Source: Octopus sinensis (Eukaryota). From it: a stretch of 64,000 bases of DNA. Both the position numbers and the translations under genes were made by a program. Below, one piece after another: positions 1 through 12,022 of this stretch (its first letter is position 1; every line of letters starts with the position of its first letter). The stretch is from assembly GCF_006345805.1 (NCBI RefSeq), contig NC_043004.1, forward strand, positions 79,794,001 to 79,858,000, given 5' to 3'. Below the pieces are notes generated by a model, which saw nothing but the letters and a program-made list of their open reading frames with translations, did no database searches and was not told the origin of the DNA.

Positions 1-178
1 AAATGTTTTGCGGCATTTCATCTGATTTTACGTTCTAAGTTCAAATGCTGCCAAGGTCGACTCAGCCTTTTATCCTTTCGGAGTCGACAAAATAAGTACC
101 AGTTGAACCCTGGGATGGTGTAATCGACTTACCCACCTCTCCCTAGAAATTGCGGGCCTTGTGCCAAAATTTGAAACC
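1..178 (+). mobile_element. tRNA-derived SINE family A, partial copy cut by the window edge
   Basis: Contains the family A core aaggtcgactcagccttttatcctttcggagtcgacaaaataagtaccag, which recurs many times in the window. It resembles the MetaSINE central domain as I recall it. Confidence 0.75.
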
Positions 179-241
179 GTTATTATTATTTCCTCAAAAA
201 ATAGTTGTGATTTCATAATTGTCCTGAAAAACCTTTTTAAT

Positions 242-570
242 TCTTTTACTTGTTTCAGTCATTCACTGCGGCCATGCTGGAGCACCGCTCTGAAGAGGTT
301 TTAGTCGAACAATTCGACCCTAGGACTTATGACTTAAGCCTAGTATTTACTCTATTGATCTCTCTTGCCGAAACGTTAGGTTACGGGGACGTAAACACAC
401 AAACACCGGTCGTCAAATGATAGGGTGAGGAATACACATGTATACGACGGGCTTCTTTCAGTTTCCGTCTCCCAAATCCACTCACAAGGCTTTTGGTAAG
501 AGACACTTGCCCAAAGTGCCACGCAGTGGGACTGAACCCGGAACCATGTGGTTGGGAAGGGAGCTTCTTT
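242..570 (-). mobile_element. tRNA-derived SINE family B (CORE-like), internally deleted copy
   Basis: Reverse complement of the head (ggttccgggttcagtcccactgcgtggcactttgggcaagtgtc) and tail (ggtgctccagcatggccgcagtgaatgactgaaacaagtaaaag) seen in the full copy at 21902-22352. Confidence 0.85.
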
Positions 571-804
571 AATGAAATCTGACCCAGTGTATGAAACCGA
601 AAAGATCTACCACAAGGCGCTCTTTTTTTTTGTTAGCCCTAGGTCAGTCCTGATCGAGAAAACTTATGATCAAAACTGTTCCAGCCGCGACCATCTCGGG
701 CATGATTTGAAGGGTATTTGACTGCTATTTCAAGAGATCACTTCCTCCTACGATGGTTAGACGTTGGTTGAAGGTATGTCCCATGGTAAACGAATATTTC
801 GAAC

Positions 805-1126
805 AAGTTACACACACACACTCGCATACGCACGCACGCACACACACACACACACATACGCGCGCACGCACACACACACACACACACATACGCGCGCACG
901 CACACACACACACACATACGCGCGCACGCACACACACACCACATACGCGCGCACGCACACACACACACACATACGCGCGCACGCACACACACACACACAT
1001 ACGCGCGCACGCACACACACACACACACATACGCACGCACACACACCACACACACACATACGCGCGCACGCACACACACACACACACATACGCGCGCACG
1101 CACACACACACACACATACGCGCGCA

Positions 1127-1165
<39 letters not shown>
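805..1165. repeat. Compound (CA)n / CATACGCGCGCACG minisatellite
   Basis: About 11 units of catacgcgcgcacg(ca)n. It explains all the ORFs at 725-1274. Confidence 0.95.
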
Positions 1166-1168
<3 letters not shown>

Positions 1169-1818
1169 TACATACACTCATACACATACGCGTATACACA
1201 TACACACAAGCACAGCCATACGTAGACACACCCATAAATTTATATAACACATCCACACACACATACACACACACCTACATACCTGCATACATACATACGT
1301 ACACAAGCACACAGACACACACAAACACAAACACACACGTGCTCGCTCTCACACACACACACACACATTCAGTGACGTTAGCGACATCTGTTCCGGAACA
1401 CTTTCTCTCGTCGTTCACTCCGATCTCTTTTTCTCTCAAGAAAAAAATAATAAATAAAATACAGAAAAGGCGGGACTGTCAACACTGGAATGTCGTTGCT
1501 TATTTTATTATATATACTCCTAGGCCAGATTTGAGAGAACATACCTATAATGATCAAAGGATGTTCTAGCCAGGACTTCGAGTGAACAGACTTGTTTAAT
1601 CAACATTGCTCCATCTATGACCATCACGGTGCATTTTTAAAGAAGGTAGGAAGCAATAATAATGGGGATGCTGGCTGTTATTTCTTGCAGACTGAGTGCC
1701 TATACAGGGGCGCATCTTCTTTGTTAATCGTCAGTGAACCGACCACACCACACATTCCAGCTACTAAAGGCGTGTTTATACAATTCCTTCTCTCTCTCTA
1801 TCTCCAATTTATATACAC

Positions 1819-1874
<56 letters not shown>

Positions 1875-2009
1875 TTCTATTTTTCTTTATCACTCTTTCT
1901 ATTTTATATACATCGCTTCCTCATTCTCTCCCCCTCTCTCTCCTTCTCTACAATTTATATACACCTTTCTTTCTCTCTTTACTTTCTCTCTCTCTCTCCT
2001 TATCTCTCT

Positions 2010-2045
<36 letters not shown>

Positions 2046-2160
2046 AAAAAAGCAACAAGAATGGATTAAAATCTCGGTACGATCGTTTCGTATATATATA
2101 TATATATATATATATATAAGAGAGAGATAAGGAGAGAAAGAGAAAGTATATATATATATA

Positions 2161-2210
<50 letters not shown>

Positions 2211-2332
2211 TCTCGATATATATATCTCTCTCTATATATATAAAGGGAAAGTTCACGAAAAAAAACAGATGAAGACAGGTGGTATACAAAACAAACAGAC
2301 GTATTAGTATAACGCTCAGGAATAGAAAAAGT

Positions 2333-2368
2333 CTTTTACGTTTCGAGCCTACGCTCTTCTACAGAAAG
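2333..2368 (-). ncRNA. Minimal type I hammerhead ribozyme motif, variant core
   Basis: Minus strand reads CUUU-CUGUAGA-A-GAGC-GUAG-GCUC-GAAAC-GUA-AAAG. Stems I and II pair; position 6 of the core is U instead of A. Confidence 0.6.
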
Positions 2369-2525
2369 GGACACAGAAAAAACAAGGAGAGAAAAAAATG
2401 TTTGTAGTGGCTAACGATCTATCATGGCGCAATCCAACCATGAACAAAGAGAAAACACAACAACGCGAGGACGTGGAACAAGTATAGTATTATTGGACGC
2501 TCGGGAAAGGAAAGAAAGAAAGAGG

Positions 2526-2560
2526 ATTTTACGTTTCGAGCAGAGCTCTTCGTCAGAAAC
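2526..2560 (-). ncRNA. Minimal type I hammerhead ribozyme motif, canonical core
   Basis: Minus strand reads GUUU-CUGACGA-A-GAGC-UCU-GCUC-GAAAC-GUA-AAAU. Canonical CUGANGA and GAAA core with the palindromic ACGU stem III of PLE-type minimal HHRs. Confidence 0.75.
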
Positions 2561-3333
2561 ATAGAAAAAGGAAAGGTCCAAGGAAGGGAAGATGGAGGAA
2601 GAAAATCGCCAACGATACACACGCGGTCATATATTGAAATGACCGGAAGGGAATGGGTGAAGGAAATGCTCTTTCAAAGACAGGAAATAAATATATATAT
2701 ATATATATATAGGGGGAGTTTACGGAAAAAAACATAAGACGAAGACAGGTGGTGTACAAAACAAACAGATGTATTAGTATAACGCTCAGGAATAGAAAAA
2801 GTCTTTTACGTTTCGAGCCTACGCTCTTCTACTGAAAGGGACACAGAAAAAACAAGGAGAGAAAAAATGTGTGTAGTGGCTAACGATTTTCTCTCCTTGT
2901 TTTACATACCTCTCTCTCTCTCTTTCTCTCCTTTCCTTCCTTCTTTCTCTCATCAACTCTGTCTCTCTCTCTCTCTCTCTGCCTTTCCTCCATCTTTCTC
3001 CCTCCCCCTCTCTTTCACATATTAACTTTCTTTCCTTCCTTTCCCGCTCTCTCCCTCCCTCTTTCTCACTCATATGAACTGTCTCTCCTTCCATTTCCCT
3101 ATATCTTTCCCTCCGTTCTATATATATATATTTCTCTCTCCCTTTTTCTCACTCTCTCTCTCTCTTTCTCTCTCTCTCCCCCATTCTCAACACAAGGTAG
3201 GAGAACGTACGTGTCCTTTCGTCGTGCTAGAAATAGCAACCCACAACCTCCTTAAATCACAAAAAGAAAACAACGGTTTGAATTAATTACTTTTGATCAA
3301 TCAGGTTTACTTTCGGACCAAACAGCAACACCA

Positions 3334-3719
3334 GTGGAGGCGCAATTGCCCAGTGGTTAGGGCAGCGGACTCGCAGTCGGAGGATCGCGGTTTCGATTCC
3401 CAGACCGGGCGTTGTGTGTGTTTATTGAGCGACAACACCTAAAGCTCCACGAGGCTCTGGCAGGGGGTGGTGGCGACCCCTGTTGTACTCTTTCGCCCCA
3501 ACTTTCTCTCACTCTTTCTTCCTGTTTCTTGTCCCCGACTTCCTACGCAACCGCTGAGCCTGGATGCGCATTCACATATCCGTCGATGCTCTCGGTGTCG
3601 GGGGTTGACCTGCTTTCTCTTCTGCGGGTTTTACGAATAGCAAAGGACTTACGAATAGCAAAGGCCCACGTTTCGGACTTCTCCTATCTTGCGAGCTCTG
3701 AGACGAAGACCGTTCGCTC
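3334..3719 (+). mobile_element. tRNA-derived SINE family C, CAACAG-tail subfamily, full length
   Basis: tRNA-like head with A box (tggcccagtgg-like) and B box (ggtttcgattcc). Flanked by a 13-bp TSD aacagcaacacca at 3321-3333 and 3720-3732. Confidence 0.85.
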
Positions 3720-4359
3720 AACAGCAACACCAACACGTAAGAGTGAGTGTCTGTGCGGTTGCTTGACTTGCTAAAAATAACAGCCACCATACACTTACAG
3801 TTTTAAAAAGTAAAAGAATTCAAATATGCAGAGGAGGGTTCTGAACATTTTGGGGAGTCTCAATAACCGTTGCTTTCTGGTAACGCCGATATGCAAGCAT
3901 TTTCCAAATAAAACCGTAACATTCTTATGACACCCGACTTAAGATTTACAGCCTTCTCTACCCGCTGTTGCCTTCCTGTGGAGATATGACAACAGCTTTC
4001 TAAGATTGGAGACAAGAATTGAACAATCAAAACTGACGTTATTGTATTTCCAATTACTCTGAAATCTTTAAAGTGTTAAATCTTGTCAAAAGGAAACCTA
4101 TATGCATTCGTCTGCAGTTTGCAATACAGCGACATCCGTGAATCAGTAAGGAAACAAACAAACAAACAAACAAAAAAATGCAGTCCCGTATCGAAATTCC
4201 GCCGTCCAACTTTCAGCTGGCCACGATACGTTTCTACCTACGAAAAAAAAATTCAGTCGACCGCAACGCATTTCAGAGAACAACTAGATTGTATCTCTGC
4301 AAGCTTACATTTCTCCAGGACCTACACTTTGTCGTTCTTGCTTACCCACAGCAACTGCA

Positions 4360-4741
4360 GTGGAGGCGCAATGGCCCAATGGTTAGGGCAGCGGACTCGC
4401 GGTTGGAGGATCGCGGTTTCGATTCCCAGACCGGGCGTTGTGTGTGTTTATTCAGCGAAAATACATAAAGCTCCACAAGGCTCCGACAGGGAGGGGGCGG
4501 TGGCGACCCCTGTTGTACTCTTTCTCTCATTCTTTCTTCCTGTTTCTTGTCCCCGACTTCCTACGAAACCGCTGAGCCTGGATGCGCATTCATCCATCCG
4601 TCGATGCTTTCGGTGTCGAGGGTTGACCTGCTTTCTCTTCTGCGGGTCTTACGAACAGCAAAGGACTTACGAATAGCAAAGCACGTTTCGGACTTCTCCC
4701 ATCTTGCGAGCTCTGGGACGAAGACCGTTCGCTCAACAGCA
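4360..4741 (+). mobile_element. tRNA-derived SINE family C, CAACAG-tail subfamily, second full copy
   Basis: Colinear with 3334-3719. Has its own 12-bp TSD: acagcaactgca at 4348-4359 and acagcaactaca at 4742-4753. Confidence 0.85.
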
Positions 4742-4862
4742 ACAGCAACTACACACGATCTCAACGCCAGACACGCTTGGCTTCTGCACTTCTTTTAAGG
4801 CACTTGCCACGGAATGCACCCTTCTGCCAGAAACATTCCCATTGTGCCGTGAATTGAGAATG

Positions 4863-4944
<82 letters not shown>

Positions 4945-5640
4945 AGCTCCTTTCGCTGAAAGTCTGCAGCTTCACCGGTTGTCTCGCACATTTATTCGCA
5001 ATCCGTTACTGAATCACTTAACACTGCCCCGAAGCCCACACACACGAGGGCCAGTCTACGCCTTATGCATACAAAACTACACTGCATGCTATTCGAGTCC
5101 ACTCGGCGAAACACCTTTCCCGTATACCTCACCTTAGATTCTTCCAGCTGGCATCTATGATTTTTCTAGCTTTGCATCACAACTCCCTGTATCTTCTACA
5201 CTTCACATTCTGCATCCACAATTTTAAACGTTCTGTGATTTTCGCACTGCGCCCATTTCTGCAATTTATCATGTTACCGTTGGTTTGCTCTTTTGACTAA
5301 CTTTCTAAGGATTCCTGGATTCTTACTCAACATCCGAAAAGCCTAGCCTACATTTTTCTATGAATTCCTTCCTTACTGTTCTTGATTTTTGCATTAGCAA
5401 ATTTATGAGTGTCCACTGTTAACCTTTAATCTTTGGAGTCAAACTTGGGTCATGGCAGACATGAGTCCGAAAATCCTTCTATTGGCCTGAACCATTTAGT
5501 TAGAAAAAATTATAGGGAACTCTACGTTTTTGGTCACTTGGCGCCAAATCAAAGGGCACCTCTTTCTCTCTCTTCACCTGTGGCTTGTCAAAGAGGGAGC
5601 ATTTAAATTTCAACCTCTCTACTTGTCTATATATATATAT

Positions 5641-5915
5641 ATCACCGTGATCACCGTGACCGACCAGGCTATCAGATGTTGCTACACATCGCTGGTCACA
5701 ATGCGTTTTGCATTATTTTAGCCTTCAAATGACGCCACCCCGCTGGCTAAGCGAGCAGGCCAACAGAAGAAAGAATGGGAGAAAGATGTGGTGAAAGAGT
5801 ACAACAGGGATCGCCACCATCCCCTGCCGGAGCATCGTGGAGCTTTAGGTGTTTTAGCTCAATAAACACCTATGACCGCGAGTCCGCTGCCCTAACCACT
5901 GGGCCATTGCGCCTC

Positions 5916-5918
<3 letters not shown>
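5641..5918 (-). mobile_element. SINE family C with a different 3' tail ending in (CACGGTGAT)2
   Basis: Same head (gtggaggcgcaatggcccagtggttagggcagcggactcgcgg) and body as 3334, with an unrelated tail. Confidence 0.8.
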
Positions 5919-6000
<82 letters not shown>

Positions 6001-6194
6001 TTATACATTGCGCCTCCCACATTATATATAATTATATATATACAGAGAGAGAGAGAGAGACTTATCTAGAATCTTCGAATATCTACAAAGCCTTGTTTTT
6101 TTTTATCTCATTACGCAAAAAATTCTTATACATACATATATATATAATATATTATATATATATATATATAATATATATATATATAATCTTTAAC

Positions 6195-6489
6195 TTTGTT
6201 TCAATTATTAGACTGCGGCCATGCTAGGGCACTGCCTTGAAAAGATTTTAGTCGAATGAATCGACACAGAACTTGTTTTTTTTAAGCCTGGTACTTATTC
6301 TATCGGTCTTTTTCGCTGACCCGCTTAGTTACGGTGACGTAAACACACCAACACCGGTTGTCTAGCGGTGATAGGGAACAAGCAAAGACATAAAGACGCA
6401 CACACACATGTGTGTGTATGTATGCATGCATGCATGTATGTATGTATGTATGTATGTATGATGTATGTATGTATGTATGTATGTGTGTA

Positions 6490-6535
<46 letters not shown>

Positions 6536-6690
6536 TACGACGGTCTTCGGTCGTCTGTACAGTTTCCGTCTACCAAATTATACTCACAAGGTATTGGTCA
6601 ACGTGAGGTTGTAGGAAAAGATAGAAGACCCAGAGGAACCACACATCGGAAGCGAACGCTAACCGCCGTGATTGCGAAGCGAACTTCTTA
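6195..6690 (-). mobile_element. SINE family B, degenerate copy with internal TG/TATG microsatellite
   Basis: Tail at 6195-6390 and diverged head at 6530-6690, matching 21902-22352 in reverse. Confidence 0.75.
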
Positions 6691-7153
6691 ACTGTTCAGC
6701 CAAGCCTATGCCTAGAATTAAAATCATTCTGTGGTTGCTGGGTGTTTTTTCACACAAAATATATTTAGAACTAGGTTATCAAGTGTGTCGTTTCTATGTT
6801 TAAACAGTACAATTCAATTTTAAGGAAATTTGGTTACTATTTCTAGCGACGTAAGTGACCACATAAAAGGCTGGTAGTTTAGCTAAGCAAGATCTTTTAC
6901 TGTGTCAGTAATGTACAAAAGTTATCTCCCTTGTTTCAATTATTTTCTTGTTATGACTGTTTTATAAATTAAATTTGATATCTTCGCATTGTCTTTTGAC
7001 TGGGGGAGAATTCGAGACGTTTATGGCTTTCCGCAGAAAACAAAATTCTAAAAAATTGGAAAAGGGAGAGAAATAAATAATAATAATAATAATAATAAAG
7101 CCATGGAAACTGGAATCGAAGCTTGTTATTTACTCAGATAACTTCAAATATAT

Positions 7154-7382
7154 ATTTCTTTACTACCCACAAGGGGCTAAACACAGAGGGGCAAACAAGG
7201 GCAGACAAAGGGATTAAGTCGATTACATCGACTCAAGTGCGTAACTGGTACTTAATTTATTGATCCCGAGAGGATGAAAAGCAAAGTCGACCTCGGCGGA
7301 ATTTGAACTCAGAACGTAACGGCAGACGAAATACTGCTAAGCATTTCGTTCGGCGTGCTAACGATTCTGCCAGCGCACCGCC
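7154..7382 (-). mobile_element. SINE family A, full length
   Basis: Head ggcggtgcgctggcagaatcgttagc through tail ttgtgggtagtaaagaaat. 21-bp TSD ctcagataacttcaaatatat at 7133-7153 and 7387-7407. Confidence 0.9.
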
Positions 7383-7443
7383 CTTGCTCAGATAACTTCA
7401 AATATATCTGAGAGAAACATCATATAAATAGATATTCGCATAT

Positions 7444-7519
<76 letters not shown>

Positions 7520-8029
7520 ATCCTCAAAGGATACTATCCCTCGCACGCAGCAGATTTACTGATCTCCCTGCCCCCAACCAAGTGTATCTCTGCGTCCCTA
7601 CACTCAGATGGAAAGTCAACATATATTCTTGTTAACCCATAGCTAGAATCTTGACAAGTGCTACAACTCCAGGTCAGAGTAGACCCGAGAACAAGGGTGG
7701 CTAAGAGGTGGTTCAACCCAGTGCCCGACTGGCCAGGTTGCCAGCTTGTCTGATGGTAAGCGGGGCCTCTGCACCATACCATTAGAATCCATATATGGGG
7801 GCCCATGTTAGTATCTCAGGGTCCTATCTCCTCAAGTCTGAGAATTTTTTATTCACTCCTGGAAGAATGCATTTATTATTTCAGCCTAGCTGTGTTTGTA
7901 GACAGTTGAAGAGAATCATCATCATTATCATCAGCTTTTAACGTCCGTTTTCCATGCTGGCATGGGTTGGACGGTTTGACTGGCGACTGGCAAGCCAGAA
8001 GGCTGTACTAGGCTCCACTCTACCACCAA

Positions 8030-8290
8030 ATTGGCACCTCTGCCAGTGACACGTAAAAAGCACCATTCAAGTGTGGTCGATGTCAGTACTACCTGACTGG
8101 CCCTTGTGCCAGTGGCACATAAAAAGCACCCACTACACTCTCAAAGTGGTTGGCGTTAATAAGGGCATCCAGCTGTAGAAACTCTGCCAGATCAGATTGG
8201 AGCCTGGTGCAGCCAGCCCCCAGTCAAACATCCAACCCATGCCAGCATGGAAAGCAGATGTTAAACAACGATGCTGATGTGATGACGATG
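8030..8290 (+). mobile_element. RTE-type 3' end element with (GAT)n tail
   Basis: aagggcatccagctgtagaaac...ccaacccatgccagcatggaaagcagatgttaaac followed by gatgatgat. Same as the 3' UTR attached to the RTE ORF at 14690-16035. Confidence 0.75.
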
Positions 8291-8379
<89 letters not shown>

Positions 8380-8775
8380 ATATATATATATATAGATATT
8401 GTGACCACCTCGGTCATGAATGACCATCGGATTGCACCTAGAAAGTTACCCTCCAACGCAAGTTCTTCTTTATGGAAAACCAGAAGTCGCCCATGCATAC
8501 CAGCCTCCCCTCTCCACGCCACACTAGTAACATCGCAGCTCATTTATTAACGTGCAAGTGGCTGAGCACTCCACAGACATGTGTACCCTTGACATAGTTC
8601 TCGGGGAGATTCAGCGAGACACAGAGTGTGACAAGGCTGGCCCCTTTGAAATACAGGTTTTCCACATCCACCTGCCATACCCACCCTGCCGGAGCCTCAT
8701 GGAGCTTTAGGTATTTTCGCTCAATAAAAACTCACAATGCCTTGTATGGGAATTGAAACGGTGATCCTACAACCG

Positions 8776-9005
8776 ATTTCTTTATTACCCACAAGGGGCT
8801 AAACATAGAGGGGACAAACATGGACAGACATAGGTATTAAGTCGATTATATCGACCCCAGTGCGTAACTGGTACTTAATTCATCGACCCCAAAAGGATGA
8901 AAGGCAAAGTCAACCTCGACGGAATTTGAACTCAGAATGTAAAGACAGACGAAATACTGCTACGCATTTCGCCCGGCGTGCTAACGTTTCTGCCAGCTCG
9001 CCGCC
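8776..9005 (-). mobile_element. SINE family A, full length, nested in a family C copy
   Basis: Matches 7154-7382. Family C body lies to the left (8655-8770) and the family C head to the right (9009-9048). Confidence 0.85.
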
Positions 9006-9371
9006 TTAACGAGTCTGCTGCTCTAACCACTGGGCCATTGCACCTCCACACACACACACATATATATCATCATCATTCTTTTGTTTCTTCATTCAACGTC
9101 CATTTTCCATACTGGCATGGGTTGGACAGTTTGAAAGGATCAGGAAAGCTACAGAGCTGCATCAGGCCCCAATGTCTACACTGACAAGGTTTCTATCGCA
9201 GGATGCCCTTCCTAACAACAACTGCTTCCCAATGCATAGAAGGGGCTTCTTTCATGGCATCAGCACTGTCATTTACCAAATAAGTCATAAGACAATGTAA
9301 AGAGAGGAAAAGGGAGAAAGAAAAAGCCCCCTTGACTGAGTGTATATGAGAGAGTGGGAGGTGGCCTTATG

Positions 9372-9682
9372 TTGTTGTTTGTTCCTTCTCAAGCCATGCC
9401 TGGCTCAAAGGGCCAGTTTCCCGGTTTCATCGGCACATAGGTTCCCCACCTGGCCGGGAGCGCCCAGTCCATTGCAGGTGAGCTGCAAGATGAAGGAGGA
9501 AAGAGTGAGAGAAAGTTGTGGCAAAAGAGTCAGCAGAGGTTCACCATTACCTTCAGCCAGAGCCGCGTGGAGCTTAGGTGTTTTGCTCATAAACACACAC
9601 ATCGCCCAGTCTGAGATTTGAACCCATGATCCCTCGACCGCAAGTCTGCTGCTCTAACCACTAGGCCATGTGCCTCCACACA
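9372..9682 (-). mobile_element. SINE family C with a third tail type ending in (AAC)n
   Basis: Family C head and body plus a tail containing ctcacctgcaatggactgggcgc...ccaggtgggg. 12-bp TSD ggtggccttatg at 9360-9371 and 9683-9694. Confidence 0.85.
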
Positions 9683-10606
9683 GGTGGCCTTATGCCAGGG
9701 GCTGAAGGCTAGAGTATGGTGGGAGGAGAGGTACAAATGTGTTGTTGTAAAGGAGCTACGTGACTTGCCCATTCCCTACATTCTGCAAAGGTGGGTGAGA
9801 GTAACAGGAAGGCAGATTAGGAAAGAGGTTGCTGAGAGCCAGAGAGAACTCTTACATTCACAAGGGGGTAAGTTATAAGGGAGTTATAAGAGGCTGTGGA
9901 TGGAGGACTATGATAAATAGTAGGGGGCTGAGGACTGAACCTTAGTGGACCCCTACATGTACTCTTTGCCTAGCCTCACCTTACTGACAGTCTCAGAGGA
10001 AACTAACATTAATTCTGCAGGGTCCTTGGTGGACATGTCAAATGGGTACCTAACCCCCTTTTTTTCTTTTATTTCTTTTTTTTTTTTCTTTAAGGAAAGA
10101 ACTCAGTTTTGCCAGAAGAAAAATAAGAACTTTTCAAATTTTAATTTATTTTTTAACTTTATTTTAAAAGAATTTATTATTTGGTGGGGAACAGTGAGCA
10201 AGTTGGGGTCACTTTCTATGTTTCAAAACCGGAAGATTACAATTCTGTTGTTTTTTTGTTTTTTTTAATAAGAGTTTTTTTTTTTAATTTTGTTCTCGGA
10301 ATATCAACATTTGTTGTTTTCATAAATATTCCGCTTTCAATTTCTGACAATAAATTGAAGGAATGCTCTGTGTGTCTGTGTGTCCGTGTGTGTGTGTGTG
10401 TGTGTTATCTGTGCTTACACAGATACCATCCTACCCTGCCTCTCACCTCCCTCACCTGGATGGTGAGGTCAACTTTGCCTTTCATCTCTTTGAGCGTCAA
10501 TGAAATAAGTACCAGTTAAATACTAGGGTCAATGTAATTGACTAACCCTAACCCTAATATGCCTCCCCCAAAATCACAGGCCTTGAGCTTATAGTAGAAA
10601 GATTTA

Positions 10607-10636
10607 TCATTGTTGTTGTTGTTCTTCTTCTTCTTC

Positions 10637-10668
<32 letters not shown>

Positions 10669-10796
10669 TTTATTTTCATCATCATCATTATTATTATTAT
10701 TATTATTATAATTATTTTTAATTTTACTATTTTTATTATTATTATTTTATTTTTATCATTATTATTATAATTATTATCATTATTATTATTTTATTT

Positions 10797-10827
<31 letters not shown>

Positions 10828-10870
10828 CATTATTATTATTAATATTATTTTATTTTTATCATTATCATTA

Positions 10871-10906
<36 letters not shown>
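10607..10906. repeat. Imperfect (ATT)n / (ATC)n microsatellite
   Basis: Direct reading of the sequence. Confidence 0.95.
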
Positions 10907-10907
<1 letters not shown>

Positions 10908-11224
10908 AATGTGAAAAACTCAAGATTAAGCCGTGACTAAGCTTCTTATTAAAGTTAGGTTTGAAAGAGAAGAGTTGCTGTAAAAATATTTAATTTACCA
11001 AAACCTTTCAATGGTGTTATTAAAACGAAAGTGTAGCATTTGAATGTTTGTCAATAAATCTACCTCAAAATGGTGCGACCAAAGAATTCTTGCGTTTGGA
11101 ATAGATGGAAGAAGAATATTATATTAAATAATTTCTATGCTGGTGCTTTGTTTATCCAAAAACTGATCAGAAAATGGTTTATTGTTATAGAGAGGATTAT
11201 ATATATATATATATATATACAGCT

Positions 11225-11625
11225 GTTATTTCAGCTCAGAGCTGTGGCCATGCTGGAGTACCACCATTTTGCCACACTGTTATTACTGAGATCCTCCTCT
11301 AATATGTGCCACTTAGTGTAGAATGGAGTTTGATGTAGCTACCCTCATTTGCACCTCTTGCTGTGAGATAGGTTCATCTGGGACTCTCAACAGGAAAAGG
11401 TCCAGCCTTGATTTAAAAATGCCTACGTCTATTTCATGCAGGTTCCTCAGGCTCTTTGGAAGAATGTTAAAAAGCTGTGGGCCCCTGAAACCCAGGCTGT
11501 TGCAGTACCTGGTCCTGAAGCACGATGGTGTTGCTGGGATCTTTGGCTCTATACAGTGTTGACAAGTCCTGGCATTGGTGTAGCTTTCAATATAAAAATT
11601 TGGCACAATTCCAACCAGGTTCTTC
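11225..11625 (-). pseudogene. 3' end of a CR1/L2-type LINE (ORF2 C-terminus plus 3' UTR)
   Basis: ORF 11313-11606 contains NSLGFRGPQLFNILPKSLRNLHEIDVGIFKSRLDLFLLRVPDEP, which matches the typical CR1/L2-group ORF2 ending. A short UTR with a terminal stem-loop follows. Confidence 0.8.
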
Positions 11626-11893
11626 TAGGTCTAGTTTTTTGAATTTTTTTCTTTTTTTTTTTTCAGAATCGGATCCTCCATAACGAAAAACGTGAGATTC
11701 CATAAAAAAAATTAATAAATATCCATTTTACTCGAATTTATGACGGAAAAATCGGATCTTGTGAATTTTCCGAACGTCCCCTCCCCACCACCCCAGGGTC
11801 GTCAGCATGCATTTTTTGTTTCATATTCGTTTTCCCCATACTTGTTAACACTCACCCACCGGCTGGTTAATTTTTTTTTTTTTTTGTTCCCAG

Positions 11894-12022
11894 GTGAAGG
11901 TCTTTATATTGACCGATGATTCTCTATGGCCAGATGTCCATCCTGTTGCTGAGCAAAGCAATGTCCTCAGATTTGATCTTGCTGAATATTGGGAACAAAT
12001 ATCCATTAATGTCAAAACAAAG
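11894..12022 (+). CDS. Candidate internal host exon, unidentified protein (VKVFILTDDSLWPDVHPVAEQSNVLRFDLAEYWEQISINVKTK)
   Basis: Strong acceptor (T)n-gttcccag|G. 129 nt open only in phase 0 with a protein-like composition. The donor would be a non-canonical AAG|GC. Confidence 0.35.

Larger units (their letters stand above)
2240..2888 (-). mobile_element. PLE-derived non-autonomous repeat cluster with three HHR-bearing modules (A-B-A')
   Basis: 2240-2425 and 2710-2888 are near-identical direct repeats flanking a related module at 2440-2625. Each carries a hammerhead-like motif on the minus strand. Related copies lie at 43905-44120, 63225-63440, 27250-27380 and 34290-34410. Confidence 0.75.

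Noticed and set aside
725-1274. Long ORFs of 130-180 aa on both strands
   Set aside because: Pure translations of the CA/CG minisatellite. The same applies to the YI, HT, CV and RE-rich ORFs throughout the window.
3334-3410. tRNA-like sequence with A and B boxes
   Set aside because: It is the head of a multi-copy SINE with TSDs and does not form a complete cloverleaf, so it is not a tRNA gene.
4950-5400. Unique sequence with a minus-strand AAG|GTGAGG donor and peptide-like frames
   Set aside because: All three frames contain stops, there is no good acceptor, and I recognise no family.
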